Source: an uncultured Cytophagia bacterium
GTDB lineage: Bacteria > Zhuqueibacterota > Zhuqueibacteria > Thermofontimicrobiales > Thermofontimicrobiaceae
Direction: 5' to 3'
DNA length: 64,000 bases
Assembly: GCA_964605145.1 (NCBI GenBank)
Contig: CAZSBG010000003.1
Coordinates: 55,028-119,027 of the forward strand
How positions within the stretch are numbered: position 1 is the first letter of the stretch; each line of letters opens with the position of its first letter. Below the pieces are notes generated by a model, which saw only the letters and a program-made list of their open reading frames with translations, had not been told where the DNA came from and did not search any database. Positions 26,801 to 34,912 of the stretch are shown here, one piece after another. The translations under genes and the position numbers were made by a program.

Positions 26801-28109
26801 CGTAGAACAACGAATCCGCGCCGGAAAAAAGCGGATCCGCCGAAATAGCGCCCTCTCCCCCGTCGCAATTGAGGTAATCACCGCCGGCGTTATTCCAGAC
26901 GTCATTGTAGGAGATGGTCACGTTGCCCCGGGCTTTGACGCCGAAACCACTTGCATTGACAAAAATATTATTAAAAAGTGATAACGTCGAGCCGTAACTT
27001 TCCAGTCCGTTGTGATAATCGCTCAGCGTATTATTATAAAATGAGCTGCCGGAACAGAGATTGAACACCGCGGCGATGTTGCCGGAACCGGTGAGGAGAT
27101 TGCGGGAGATATCGACGACGCTGCTGTTTGCGTCGATGCCGATGGCGCACGAGCGTATGGCATTGGCCCGAAAAACCAGTTCGCTGTTCAAGACCTGAAT
27201 GCCCATGTCCTGGCTGTTTGTTCCGAAAAACTCATTGTCCGTCACCGACAGACCATTGGAGAATTCGATCGAAATTCCTCCCTCTCCGGACGCGAGCGAG
27301 AATCGATTATCTGCAATCACCACACGATCCGCCGAATGGATTTCGACCAATGGAAATCCCGTGCCGGAATTCTGCACGACTAAATTTTTTATCGTCGAAG
27401 CAGTCGCGCATTGAATCACCGATCCCTCGCTGTTGCCGTCAACAACTATTCCTTCGGGTGAAGCGCCTGCCAGTGTGATGCCCGGGGATAAAACAAGATT
27501 TTCAATATAGGTTCCCGGGGAAATATAAATAACCACGCCGGAATCAGCCGCATTAATCGCTTGCTGAATGGTGGGATAATCGCGCGGCACCTGAATTTGC
27601 GCAACCACACTGACCGGATTGTCGAACGAATAATCGTACACATTGCCCCAGCCGGTATCGTAGCCCAGGGCATCTTCGCCCAATGTGTAGCTCAACTGAA
27701 AATCGCCCAATTGCTCGCCGGCGCGCAGCGTGCACGTGAGCGTGGCCGGGATAATTTCTTCATCCGCCAAAAATGATTCGGATGTGAGGAATCCTTTCCA
27801 AACATAATCAGGCCCGCTTGGATGCACAACTTCGCAGGAATCGGCCCAGTACCGGCTTGGCAGAAAATCACCGCTGCCAAACTTGGCGCTGTTGTACTGC
27901 ACGCTGAGAACGTCCCAGTCGTTGGGCACGAGCACGGTAAAAAACACCGCGTGCGGATTCGGGTCTGTATCCTGACTGTGAATATCCACGGTAACTGTCA
28001 TGACATCATTCGGCGCCACTGTTGTCTGCTGATGCACAACATCGATTTCCAGGCAGCTCGTAAAAAGAACAACACCGGCCAGGACTATCAAAATAAAATG
28101 TTTGGACAT
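23808..28109 (-). CDS. T9SS-secreted giant glycoside hydrolase: right-handed beta-helix region, GH38-like (alpha-mannosidase family) core, type-A Por C-terminal sorting domain
   Basis: Lipoprotein-type signal MSKHFILIVLAGVVLFTSC. Beta-helix repeats (NNTLSDYHNGLESYGSTLSLFNNIFVNASG...). GH38 N-domain motifs LVHFTHLDIGFTD, SGRMDMCAGYATMHS and NDVPGYAWAMPSALAKAGVKY. C-terminal ...QNYPNPFNPKTTIRYQLP...GVYFYRMQVG..., a typical T9SS CTD. The ORF extends to 28142. Confidence 0.6.
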   Translation of the reverse strand: MSKHFILIVLAGVVLFTSCLEIDVVHQQTTVAPNDVMTVTVDIHSQDTDPNPHAVFFTVLVPNDWDVLSVQYNSAKFGSGDFLPSRYWADSCEVVHPSGPDYVWKGFLTSESFLADEEIIPATLTCTLRAGEQLGDFQLSYTLGEDALGYDTGWGNVYDYSFDNPVSVVAQIQVPRDYPTIQQAINAADSGVVIYISPGTYIENLVLSPGITLAGASPEGIVVDGNSEGSVIQCATASTIKNLVVQNSGTGFPLVEIHSADRVVIADNRFSLASGEGGISIEFSNGLSVTDNEFFGTNSQDMGIQVLNSELVFRANAIRSCAIGIDANSSVVDISRNLLTGSGNIAAVFNLCSGSSFYNNTLSDYHNGLESYGSTLSLFNNIFVNASGFGVKARGNVTISYNDVWNNAGGDYLNCDGGEGAISADPLFSGADSLFYGLSPGSPCIDAGDPASEVDPDGTIADLGAFHFAQPGIASPIRYIYLVHFTHLDIGFTDPQDVVADQYKTIIDKAINYIDNIPTYKWTIESIWQLEQWLKRSTPAEIDHFRELVQSGRMDMCAGYATMHSATLGTEELNRFLYPAEKYRQEFGFKLNTIFQNDVPGYAWAMPSALAKAGVKYMATGINDAFGGGPKLPAAHNPFYWQGPDGSKVLTWISYGSYIEWYTTFEMSHITTFYEALYNELTRLEAAGYPYDAIMIMVGKIENTEPNTLHVGMTSLWNKSYANPKLIVARPEDFFIHLEEKYGSQFETYRGDWSGGWDHISLNTPQSMGMNRAAHDFATTAEKLSLINLSVQASEYPAAEMNGIYENMLQFDEHSGGGTPWPGLMTYDEARHQSEIAFHYAKDAYDSSCFLVETGLANLAAEVQTKSPSILVFNPLSWDRTDVVKMPLNNEWLNQSFSLIDAANDSAIACQKIESTGEILFAAKDVPSIGYKIYKLVASPGKESPDEKPLVENTKTFVEPAIENDFYRIEVSSVDGSILSIYDKREQRELVNIASEHSFNGCIKANSAEAAGGSYVSIPSGVAQMDTSIQGDVAKVLVITRTGTPIVRTEIWLYNDIDRVDIVNTADRDLMDWVPQNINFEYYAYTFPFDLPNFEVRLEGAHGFLNPATDHLPGAPRGYFAIQHGGAMSDGAYSINWANREAFVVEFEKFHGLNSEFNPTAATLISRFIKKEDEGMFADGSVGPIIGEPGASPLIVMHYSFCGKSRSFDEVQSARFNWAFSNPLLAELVDSNPNGKFREPAASFFNVVPANVMLVNAKQAEDGNGAIFRLLEWAGTTANATLSSDIFRWSSASVTDGVENETSAASVTEAGVQVSLIPHEVKTVRANFTVSGIAAHNSQPAESYRLFQNYPNPFNPKTTIRYQLPRPARVRLQIYNVSGQLVRSLVDAEQTSGFHVAEWDGLNSAGQAVSSGVYFYRMQVGEVVKQRKLLLLK

Positions 28110-28304
28110 GCATTCTCCGGAGTTTATTGCTTCAATATACAAAATAAAATAGAAAATATCTTGTTTAATTGTGTTGTATTTTTGTCATATCTTGCTGAAG
28201 CATTTTTTGTCTTTGATAAAAATCAAAACCTCATTTTACCAAATTCGAGAAAATTAGTTTCTCTGAATTCAATTTTTTCAACCCATGATTTAATAATTTA
28301 TGTC

Positions 28305-28397
28305 TGTCCGAAAAAGAAAAATTTAGTCACCCTGAGCGGAGTCGAAAGGTGATAAGATATTGATTTTAAATCACACATCGACTCCGCTCGGTGTGAC
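28305..28397 (-). terminator. Long imperfect hairpin plus T-tract, candidate terminator of the URO-D gene
   Basis: GTCACCCTGAGCGGAGTCGA (28326-28345) pairs with TCGACTCCGCTCGGTGTGAC (28378-28397). On the minus strand it is followed by TAAATTTTTCTTTTTCGG. Confidence 0.45.
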
Positions 28398-28505
28398 AAT
28401 GCGCCTTTTCGGACAGACGCTAATTAGTTAATGAATAAAGATGAAACGAGGAATGACCAATCGGGGCAGTTTAATTTTTAGAAAGATATTGCTGTAATTT
28501 TATTT

Positions 28506-29525
28506 TTAATTTTTATATCGTTCGAACGCATCAGCAGAACAAAAAGCAGCAACATTGGCTTTAGGAGTGCCAGGCGGAACTTCACAGCCGGGACTGAGAA
28601 TGAGCCGGCCCTTTCCTTCGGTGAGACATTTCGTCGCAGATTCGAATATTTTTTCGGGTGAAGATTTAAGAAGAATTTCGACAGGGTCAAAATTGCCGCA
28701 AATAACTGTTTCCGGAGGCAGGTATTTTAGCGCCTCGTCAATGGGCACCATCCAATCGAAATCGATGATGTCGGCGTTGATCTTGAATAAATCAGGCAGG
28801 TGATTTGTGATATTTCCGCAGATATGAACTTTGACGCGAGCATTGTGTTGATGAATGAATTCGACCAGCTTGACATGTTTCGGGAAGATTAATTTCCGAT
28901 AAAGCGCCGGTGAAATCAAAGAAACCGCTGCATCGCCGATGCCTATCCAGTCAGCCCCGGACTGAATTTGCGCCAGTGCAAAACTTTTCTCCAGTTCAAT
29001 GACAAAATCAAGAAGCTCGGAAATGAATGACGGTTCATCGATTAAATCCAGCATGAGTTCATTCATTCCCCGCAGGTTGGTCATCTGCGCCATCGGTCCC
29101 TCGATCCAGCCGAGGACTGGCATGGCGACTCCGAATTTTTTCCTCAGCAGAGCACACGCCTGCAATCGATCGTTCATTCGCGGATTTTCCCGGGGAATTG
29201 GTATTGGTGGAAAATCGAAATTGTCAATATTCTCGATGGGGCGAACCAGGCATTTGGGGACATTGTCCGCCGGGTATTCGAACGTTCCGCCGACGGCTTC
29301 GGTCTCGCGGTACGGATCGGAAATTACCATGGCCATATCGAAGGAAAATCGCTCGTAGCAGCGAAACACCGCTTCGACCAGGATTTTATGATCAAGATAA
29401 AATTCCCGGTACGATTTGTTGATGAATTCGGCGGCATACCGCATCATTATCGGCGTCACCAACGGCCGGTCGATGATCTCGTTTTTTAGGAATTTTCCGA
29501 GCCTAAGGGCTGAATAAATATTCAT
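28506..29525 (-). CDS. URO-D-superfamily protein with an MtaA/CmuA-like zinc-site signature (putative methyltransferase)
   Basis: 339 aa. HxCG motif (KVHICGNITNHL) and LILSPGCEVPPGTP are characteristic of the zinc-dependent MtaA/URO-D family. Confidence 0.65.
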   Translation of the reverse strand: MNIYSALRLGKFLKNEIIDRPLVTPIMMRYAAEFINKSYREFYLDHKILVEAVFRCYERFSFDMAMVISDPYRETEAVGGTFEYPADNVPKCLVRPIENIDNFDFPPIPIPRENPRMNDRLQACALLRKKFGVAMPVLGWIEGPMAQMTNLRGMNELMLDLIDEPSFISELLDFVIELEKSFALAQIQSGADWIGIGDAAVSLISPALYRKLIFPKHVKLVEFIHQHNARVKVHICGNITNHLPDLFKINADIIDFDWMVPIDEALKYLPPETVICGNFDPVEILLKSSPEKIFESATKCLTEGKGRLILSPGCEVPPGTPKANVAAFCSADAFERYKN

Positions 29526-29688
29526 AAACTTTGCTCGAAGTTCTTTATATTTACAAAGTTTCTTGATAATTGTAAAAAAAATTCAATGTTTGGTATTTTA
29601 AAGTTGAAATTTATTTGTTTTTTGTATTCTGGGATTTTGTTTTTTTTCTTGGCCGAAAATCCAAACATCTTTCAAAAAAGGAATTCTC

Positions 29689-30708
29689 TCATCTTACAAC
29701 AGTCATCGCTGCGGTTTTAACAACATCGAGCAAATCGAAAACGCGGGCAAAATAATGATCCCGGATTTCGAATTTGGTTTTCCCGATGCCCTTCAGTTCA
29801 TTGCCAAGCGCATCGATGAATTTGCGCAATCGTTTCTGGTGAATGCCCAGCTTCGCCTGCACCGGGTCGGTGATGATGCCGGCAAAGGATGTAACGATTG
29901 CCATGGCCGCCATGATCGAGCCGGTGGCGGCGGCAATCAGCCCCAGTGATGCAGACGCGGGAAAAATACTGTACCAGACTGAGCCCAGCGCCGAGCCCAG
30001 GAAAAAATTGGAAATAGCTGCCTGCTGTGCGATGACCGTTGCAACTGCGCTGCCGGTGGCCATGGCGCCCGGGGTCATCTGTTTGAACAGCGTCGTTCCC
30101 ACAGCAATGGTGATGATGCTCCCGGCCAGGTCCGCTGCGGCTGTTCGGCTCGTGGAATATTCCTGCAAATTTTTCTCAAGCATGGCGCGGAATTTCGGGT
30201 CCTTTGATTTCATCTTTATCGTCGACAAATATTTCACGAACAAACCTTCAATTCCCGGCTGGTTGAGGATTTTTTCGAAAAGTGCGTCTTTTTCGGAAGT
30301 TCGCTTTCCCTGCTCAAAAGGTAGCTCCAGCAATTCCGTGTAAATGAGCCACTTCACTTCTTTTTGAACTTTCGTCTCGAATCCGCGCGGTAGTTTGTTT
30401 ATTCCGAATGAAACGCTTTTAATCCCAACCAGTTTGAAAACAGAACCCACAGCCCGGAATCCGGTGAACACCAGCGACCACGTGATATTAATTGGGCCTT
30501 TGATAATATCCGCGCCCAACGCCTTTTTGTGCAATTTCAACGCACCACGCAACGAGAAATATTTCTTCACAAAGCCGTGCACTTTTTCCTGCCGGGATTC
30601 TATATAAATATCAATGGCCCGATTTATTCCATCGGCGACGATCTTTTCTTCTGCGTCAGCGTCATTTTTCAGGTTATCCTTTTTCATATTTTTTTCAGAA
30701 TTTCCCAC
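29689..30708 (-). CDS. Hypothetical protein with Ala/Gly-rich hydrophobic segments, translationally coupled to an acyl-ACP thioesterase
   Basis: 339 aa. Hydrophobic stretches AADLAGSIITIAVGTTLF and ATGSAVATVIAQQAAISNFFLGSALG...LGLIAAATGSIMAAMAIVTSFAGII. It overlaps the downstream gene by 25 nt. Confidence 0.45.
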   Translation of the reverse strand: MGNSEKNMKKDNLKNDADAEEKIVADGINRAIDIYIESRQEKVHGFVKKYFSLRGALKLHKKALGADIIKGPINITWSLVFTGFRAVGSVFKLVGIKSVSFGINKLPRGFETKVQKEVKWLIYTELLELPFEQGKRTSEKDALFEKILNQPGIEGLFVKYLSTIKMKSKDPKFRAMLEKNLQEYSTSRTAAADLAGSIITIAVGTTLFKQMTPGAMATGSAVATVIAQQAAISNFFLGSALGSVWYSIFPASASLGLIAAATGSIMAAMAIVTSFAGIITDPVQAKLGIHQKRLRKFIDALGNELKGIGKTKFEIRDHYFARVFDLLDVVKTAAMTVVR

Positions 30709-31457
30709 TTTGTCCTCATCCGAGTTAATTCCTTGCCATCTTTTTCACGAACGATCTGATGAACGAACGCCGGCGCTTCGCCATCTTCCACCTTTTCTGT
30801 TCTGGAAAGAACCCGATCCCCGTAAAACGCCTCGCCGCGAAACGCCGCTTCGATTTCGGAAAGATGATAGTTTTTCAAAATCTCCTGGGGCACCGTTTCA
30901 ATTCCCCATTCGATGGATGTCACGTGATTTACATGATTGTTCAAATCCAGGTCGTGCATGCGCGCGCGGAACGGAAGCTCGATTTCAGGATTATTGATTT
31001 TTGGCAGGGATTCAAATTTATCGTCGATCATCCGTTTTGGATTGTGGGGATAATCCGGTAAAAATTCCGCCGGCAGCACCGGTTTTTTCGTCTTCAAATC
31101 GAGCAAGATCCAAGAGCTTGTGCCCAACACCATTGGATTGTCTTTTTCATCCACCATTTGAAATTCGCGCAGCGAAAAAAACGTATCCCTCGTGGACGGC
31201 CATGTGTTGATTTTGATTTGCTGGCCCCAGGAAGGATAGCAGTCAATTTTGATGTGGTATCGCGACAACACCCACGTTAAATTTCGCGCGAACAAATCGA
31301 CGACCGAAGCACCCAACCGACCGGCATGATCGGCAGCCATTTCCTGAAGAAAATTGAAAATCGTCGATAATTTTACTCGCGCTTTCGCATCCACTTCATA
31401 CGTTCGAATTGTAAAATTTCGTGTGTAAATATTTTCCAAACGATTCCTCCAATACAT
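30684..31457 (-). CDS. Acyl-[acyl-carrier-protein] thioesterase (FatA/FatB-like)
   Basis: N-terminal hot-dog motif FTIRTYEVDAKARVKLSTIFNFLQEMAADHAGRLG, 257 aa, tandem hot-dog layout. Confidence 0.7.
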   Translation of the reverse strand: MYWRNRLENIYTRNFTIRTYEVDAKARVKLSTIFNFLQEMAADHAGRLGASVVDLFARNLTWVLSRYHIKIDCYPSWGQQIKINTWPSTRDTFFSLREFQMVDEKDNPMVLGTSSWILLDLKTKKPVLPAEFLPDYPHNPKRMIDDKFESLPKINNPEIELPFRARMHDLDLNNHVNHVTSIEWGIETVPQEILKNYHLSEIEAAFRGEAFYGDRVLSRTEKVEDGEAPAFVHQIVREKDGKELTRMRTKWEILKKI

Positions 31458-31585
31458 TTCCGAATTTTTAATACATTTTAAAAAGACAGTATCGCTTTAA
31501 TTTGTGATTTGTCTTTTTGATTATTGATTTTTATTTGTATTTTGAGAGTTGTATTTTATAATTTTTGATCACTGTGAATTAATAG

Positions 31586-32854
31586 CTATCTCCCCCCAAC
31601 AACCTCCATCGCCATGTGCGCCCACTCCCACAATCGCTGCGGCTGGTACTGCACCGTGCTGATGTCTTTCATAATTATTTCAACAACGCAGCCCTGTAAT
31701 TTCTCCAAATCAGCGACTAATTTTTTGCGGGCTGCTTCCAAATTCCAATTATCAGTTGCCAGCACTGCCGGATTGGGTTTGTATGAAATAACATAATTTT
31801 CACCAATATTCGCGGCGGCTTTGTCCAGATCGGCCCACGGGCTGATGGAAATCTTTCGCAGATTCGGGATGGATTTCAAAATACTCATTTTATGGTGAAG
31901 AGGCTCACAGCACCCATAATAATTCAATCCGAACCGCTCCAGCCAGCGGCGCTCGTATTGCAGGGCAAATTCTTCATGCATGGCCGGAGATACATCGCAG
32001 AATATCTGCGCTGTGGCGCAGCCCCACAAATCAACCGTCCGCACCGTTTTTGGATCGAATCCCGGCTTCGGCAGTTCATCGGTGTAGCCCAGGCCACCGG
32101 AACCGACGCGAAAATTACCCTCAGCATAGGAGAGAAGATTCAGATCGATGTACTGATCCAGCCGGCACAAATACGCGGAAATCAATCGTTCCATAACCAG
32201 ATGAACCAGCTCCGGCCGCATCGCCAAATCCATCAGCGCGTCCTGCACATCCCACCAGCGAATCAGTTCATCCCACGGTGCAAACCATTGATGAACGATA
32301 CCCCGCTTTTTCACTGGTAAAATATCACCAAAGATATTCGACAAAACCTGAAAATTCTCCTCACTGGCGTTTTCATCGTGATGTATCACCGGCATTTTAA
32401 TTTTCTCGATATCCGATTCATTTTGGATTTGCTGATGAAATCCCCGCGAGAGAATATTGCTCTTTTCATCCTGTTTGATAAAATCCACGTCCTCTGTGAT
32501 GCCGAAACCGGAGTCGCGAATAACCAGGGGCGAGTAAAACGCATTTTCAACCAGCATATCGAACGGCGCATGCATCCAAAGGTATATTGTGCGCCGAAGC
32601 TCCTGTTCTGTCCATCGGCAATATTCATTTTCGCATTGCAGCGTTAACTCGCCGTTCACGTCCATTTCATGCCAGGGGAATTCATTAATCCAAACCAGCG
32701 GCCGAACTTTTTTGAGTCCATTGAGCCTGCGCCACAAATCCGCCTTGTGTTGATGTAAAGGTAAAGCGGCAATTTCAGCGACTTTTTCAGCGAGTTGTCT
32801 CAGGATGGATTTGTCATTTGAGGATATTTTCATTCCATTATATTTTTCTATCAA
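31586..32854 (-). CDS. Hypothetical protein, distant URO-D-superfamily-like (third paralog in the region)
   Basis: C-terminal pattern YYGCCEPLHHKMSILKSIPNLRKISISPWAD...NYVISYKPNPAVL...LQGCVVEI parallels HICGNITNHLPDLFKINADIIDFD...TVICGNFDPVEIL...SPGCEVP of the 28506-29525 gene. Confidence 0.4.
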   Translation of the reverse strand: MIEKYNGMKISSNDKSILRQLAEKVAEIAALPLHQHKADLWRRLNGLKKVRPLVWINEFPWHEMDVNGELTLQCENEYCRWTEQELRRTIYLWMHAPFDMLVENAFYSPLVIRDSGFGITEDVDFIKQDEKSNILSRGFHQQIQNESDIEKIKMPVIHHDENASEENFQVLSNIFGDILPVKKRGIVHQWFAPWDELIRWWDVQDALMDLAMRPELVHLVMERLISAYLCRLDQYIDLNLLSYAEGNFRVGSGGLGYTDELPKPGFDPKTVRTVDLWGCATAQIFCDVSPAMHEEFALQYERRWLERFGLNYYGCCEPLHHKMSILKSIPNLRKISISPWADLDKAAANIGENYVISYKPNPAVLATDNWNLEAARKKLVADLEKLQGCVVEIIMKDISTVQYQPQRLWEWAHMAMEVVGGR

Positions 32855-32884
32855 TATACGTCAAATAAAACTGATTTTATCTAT

Positions 32885-33060
32885 CCTCGATTATTCACAT
32901 GATATTCCTAAAGGTATCGAGATAACCTGAATGGTGCTGAATTTAGAGAGTAGTGCATTTTTACGTCTAAAACTGAGTTTCAAATTAATTGATAATTCAA
33001 TTTGCTAATAATCAGGTAATTGAATCAATTTTATTATAATTACATGAATAATTCAGGCTA
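32885..33060. repeat. Intergenic repeat element, copy A (~176 bp, 13-bp terminal inverted repeats)
   Basis: The ends CCTCGATTATTCA ... TGAATAATTCAGG are inverted. There is an internal stem CCTCGAT/ATCGAG and a conserved core GATAACCTGAATGGTGCTGAATT. It lies 31 bp upstream of the start of gene 31586-32854. Confidence 0.6.
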
Positions 33061-33141
33061 TATCAAAATTATGACCAGGACTTATTTTCCTCTACAATTC
33101 AATTCCTTCGAGTCCTGGAGACTTCGCGGCAATATTTCGCA

Positions 33142-33915
33142 CTAGGATTTTAGAACATAAAAAACATACCCATAATAATCCGAGTATTTCCTGTAAAAGG
33201 CCATCTCCTTTTCTTCCAAAGCAAACACCCGGGCCGCGATTTCATCACCTTTATATTTTTCCCTGAGCAATTGAATCCGCTGTTGAAGGGGATTATAATA
33301 ATCATCCCACCACGCGTTTTCCGGGAGAGCAAAATAATCGACCACTTGATACCCGGCGCTTCTGGCGACATTCAGATTTGCTTCGATGCTTTGAATGGCC
33401 GGGTATTCCCGGGTCCAGAATTCATCCAGTTCGTCTGGAGGATTTGGTTTGAGCCACGAAATCTCTGTAACAGCAACATAACCGCCGTCTTTCAAGAATC
33501 GTTTCCATTGGCGCAATCCTTTTTCAAAACCAATGATGTAAATGGCGCCCTCGGACCAAATGACATCGAATTCAGCCGGGCTGAACTGAAGATTGAACAT
33601 GTCTCCGTTTTGAGGGAAAACTCGCTCTTCGTATTTAAGCGAATTCACCTGCCGCTGCAACTGATCTATAAATGGCTGATGATTATCCACGGCATGAATG
33701 ACACCGGTTGAAAGTTCAGCCAAATCCAGCGTTTGATTGCCCGGGCCGCAGCCGACATCGAGAATTTTCGGATTATTGGGAAGATTTTTCAAAGCTGAAA
33801 ACGCTCTTCTCGTTGATTCAAGATCGCCTGGGCCCTGTCGGGGCATATCGCTGTGAATTTCAAAAAAAATATTTTCCATGTGCTGCTTTGGATTAATTCC
33901 ATTTTCTTGACTCAT
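33142..33915 (-). CDS. Class I SAM-dependent methyltransferase
   Basis: Motif I ILDVGCGPGNQTLDLAE; 257 aa. Confidence 0.8.
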   Translation of the reverse strand: MSQENGINPKQHMENIFFEIHSDMPRQGPGDLESTRRAFSALKNLPNNPKILDVGCGPGNQTLDLAELSTGVIHAVDNHQPFIDQLQRQVNSLKYEERVFPQNGDMFNLQFSPAEFDVIWSEGAIYIIGFEKGLRQWKRFLKDGGYVAVTEISWLKPNPPDELDEFWTREYPAIQSIEANLNVARSAGYQVVDYFALPENAWWDDYYNPLQQRIQLLREKYKGDEIAARVFALEEKEMAFYRKYSDYYGYVFYVLKS

Positions 33916-33919
33916 TTCA

Positions 33920-34642
33920 TCACTTCTGTATTTTATGTTTCAAAAACCATTCATATAATTTCGGATTAGCGTATGTTTCGGTCCAGGAATCATGGGCAGC
34001 CTCCGGATAAACAGTGAATTTCACATCCGCGCCCAGCGCGGTGAGCGCGGCCACCATTTCCTGAGATTTTTCAATGGGCACGACTTCATCCTTTGCCCCG
34101 TGAAATACCCAGACCGGGATATGTTTGATTGTTTCCACTTTTGAGGGATCGCCGCCTCCACACACCGGCGCAATGGCAGCAAATCGATTGGGATATTCCG
34201 TAGCCAGCGCCCACGTGCCATATCCGCCCATGCTCAGTCCGGTGAGGTACTGGCGCGTTGTATCGATCCGATATTCGGCTGTAACATCTTTCAGAAGTTT
34301 GTCCAGATTTTCAATATCCCACCACTGATCTTCAGGACACTGAGGGGCAACAACGATAAATGGAAATTGCTGTCCATGCTCAATCAGCTTGGGTGGACCA
34401 TGCAGCTTCACTTTCTGGAGATCGTTGCCGCGTTCACCTGCGCCATGCAGAAATAATAGTAGGGACCATTTTTTATGGCTTGATTGATAGCTTTCAGGCA
34501 GGTAGAGCAGATATTTCACTTTTCCATCATCTTTCATCTCTTTTTCCAGCATGGTTCCGGGATCTCCTTGTTTATGGATTGTAACTTTGTGTGAACAATT
34601 CGAAAGGAATAAAATAACTGTGAATATCACTATTTTTTTCAT
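33920..34642 (-). CDS. Lipoprotein alpha/beta-hydrolase (carboxylesterase / S9 peptidase family)
   Basis: Lipobox signal MKKIVIFTVILFLSNCSH. Nucleophile elbow LTGLSMGGYGTW with a downstream HGAKDEVVP and AAHD. The ORF extends to 34666. Confidence 0.75.
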   Translation of the reverse strand: MKKIVIFTVILFLSNCSHKVTIHKQGDPGTMLEKEMKDDGKVKYLLYLPESYQSSHKKWSLLLFLHGAGERGNDLQKVKLHGPPKLIEHGQQFPFIVVAPQCPEDQWWDIENLDKLLKDVTAEYRIDTTRQYLTGLSMGGYGTWALATEYPNRFAAIAPVCGGGDPSKVETIKHIPVWVFHGAKDEVVPIEKSQEMVAALTALGADVKFTVYPEAAHDSWTETYANPKLYEWFLKHKIQK

Positions 34643-34912
34643 TTCAATCCCCGATAATTTCTGCATTCAGCCTTTGGAATAATTTAGTACAAACTGTTAA
34701 AATGTCAAGAGAAAATTTTGAATTGAGAACAAATCATTAATCTTTATGAAGGGTGATGTCAATTGGAAACATCGGACATTCTATCGTGGTTCATCCGTCT
34801 AAGGAAGAAATTGATGGCGTTTCGACCTTTTATACAAATACATTGCATTTTACAATAGAATTTCATATTATGACAATCACATACAAAATAATATCTTTAA
34901 ACGAGGTGAAAT

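Noticed and set aside
24516-26981. Plus-strand ORFs of 178-437 aa antisense to the T9SS GH38-like gene
   Set aside because: They have no motifs and sit antisense to a 1444-aa ORF that carries a signal peptide, GH38 motifs and a T9SS CTD.
31458-31585. A-run/T-run flanked element AAAAAGACA...TGTCTTTTT as a terminator
   Set aside because: The implied loop is long (~21 nt) and the stem is AT-rich and weak, so it is not convincing.
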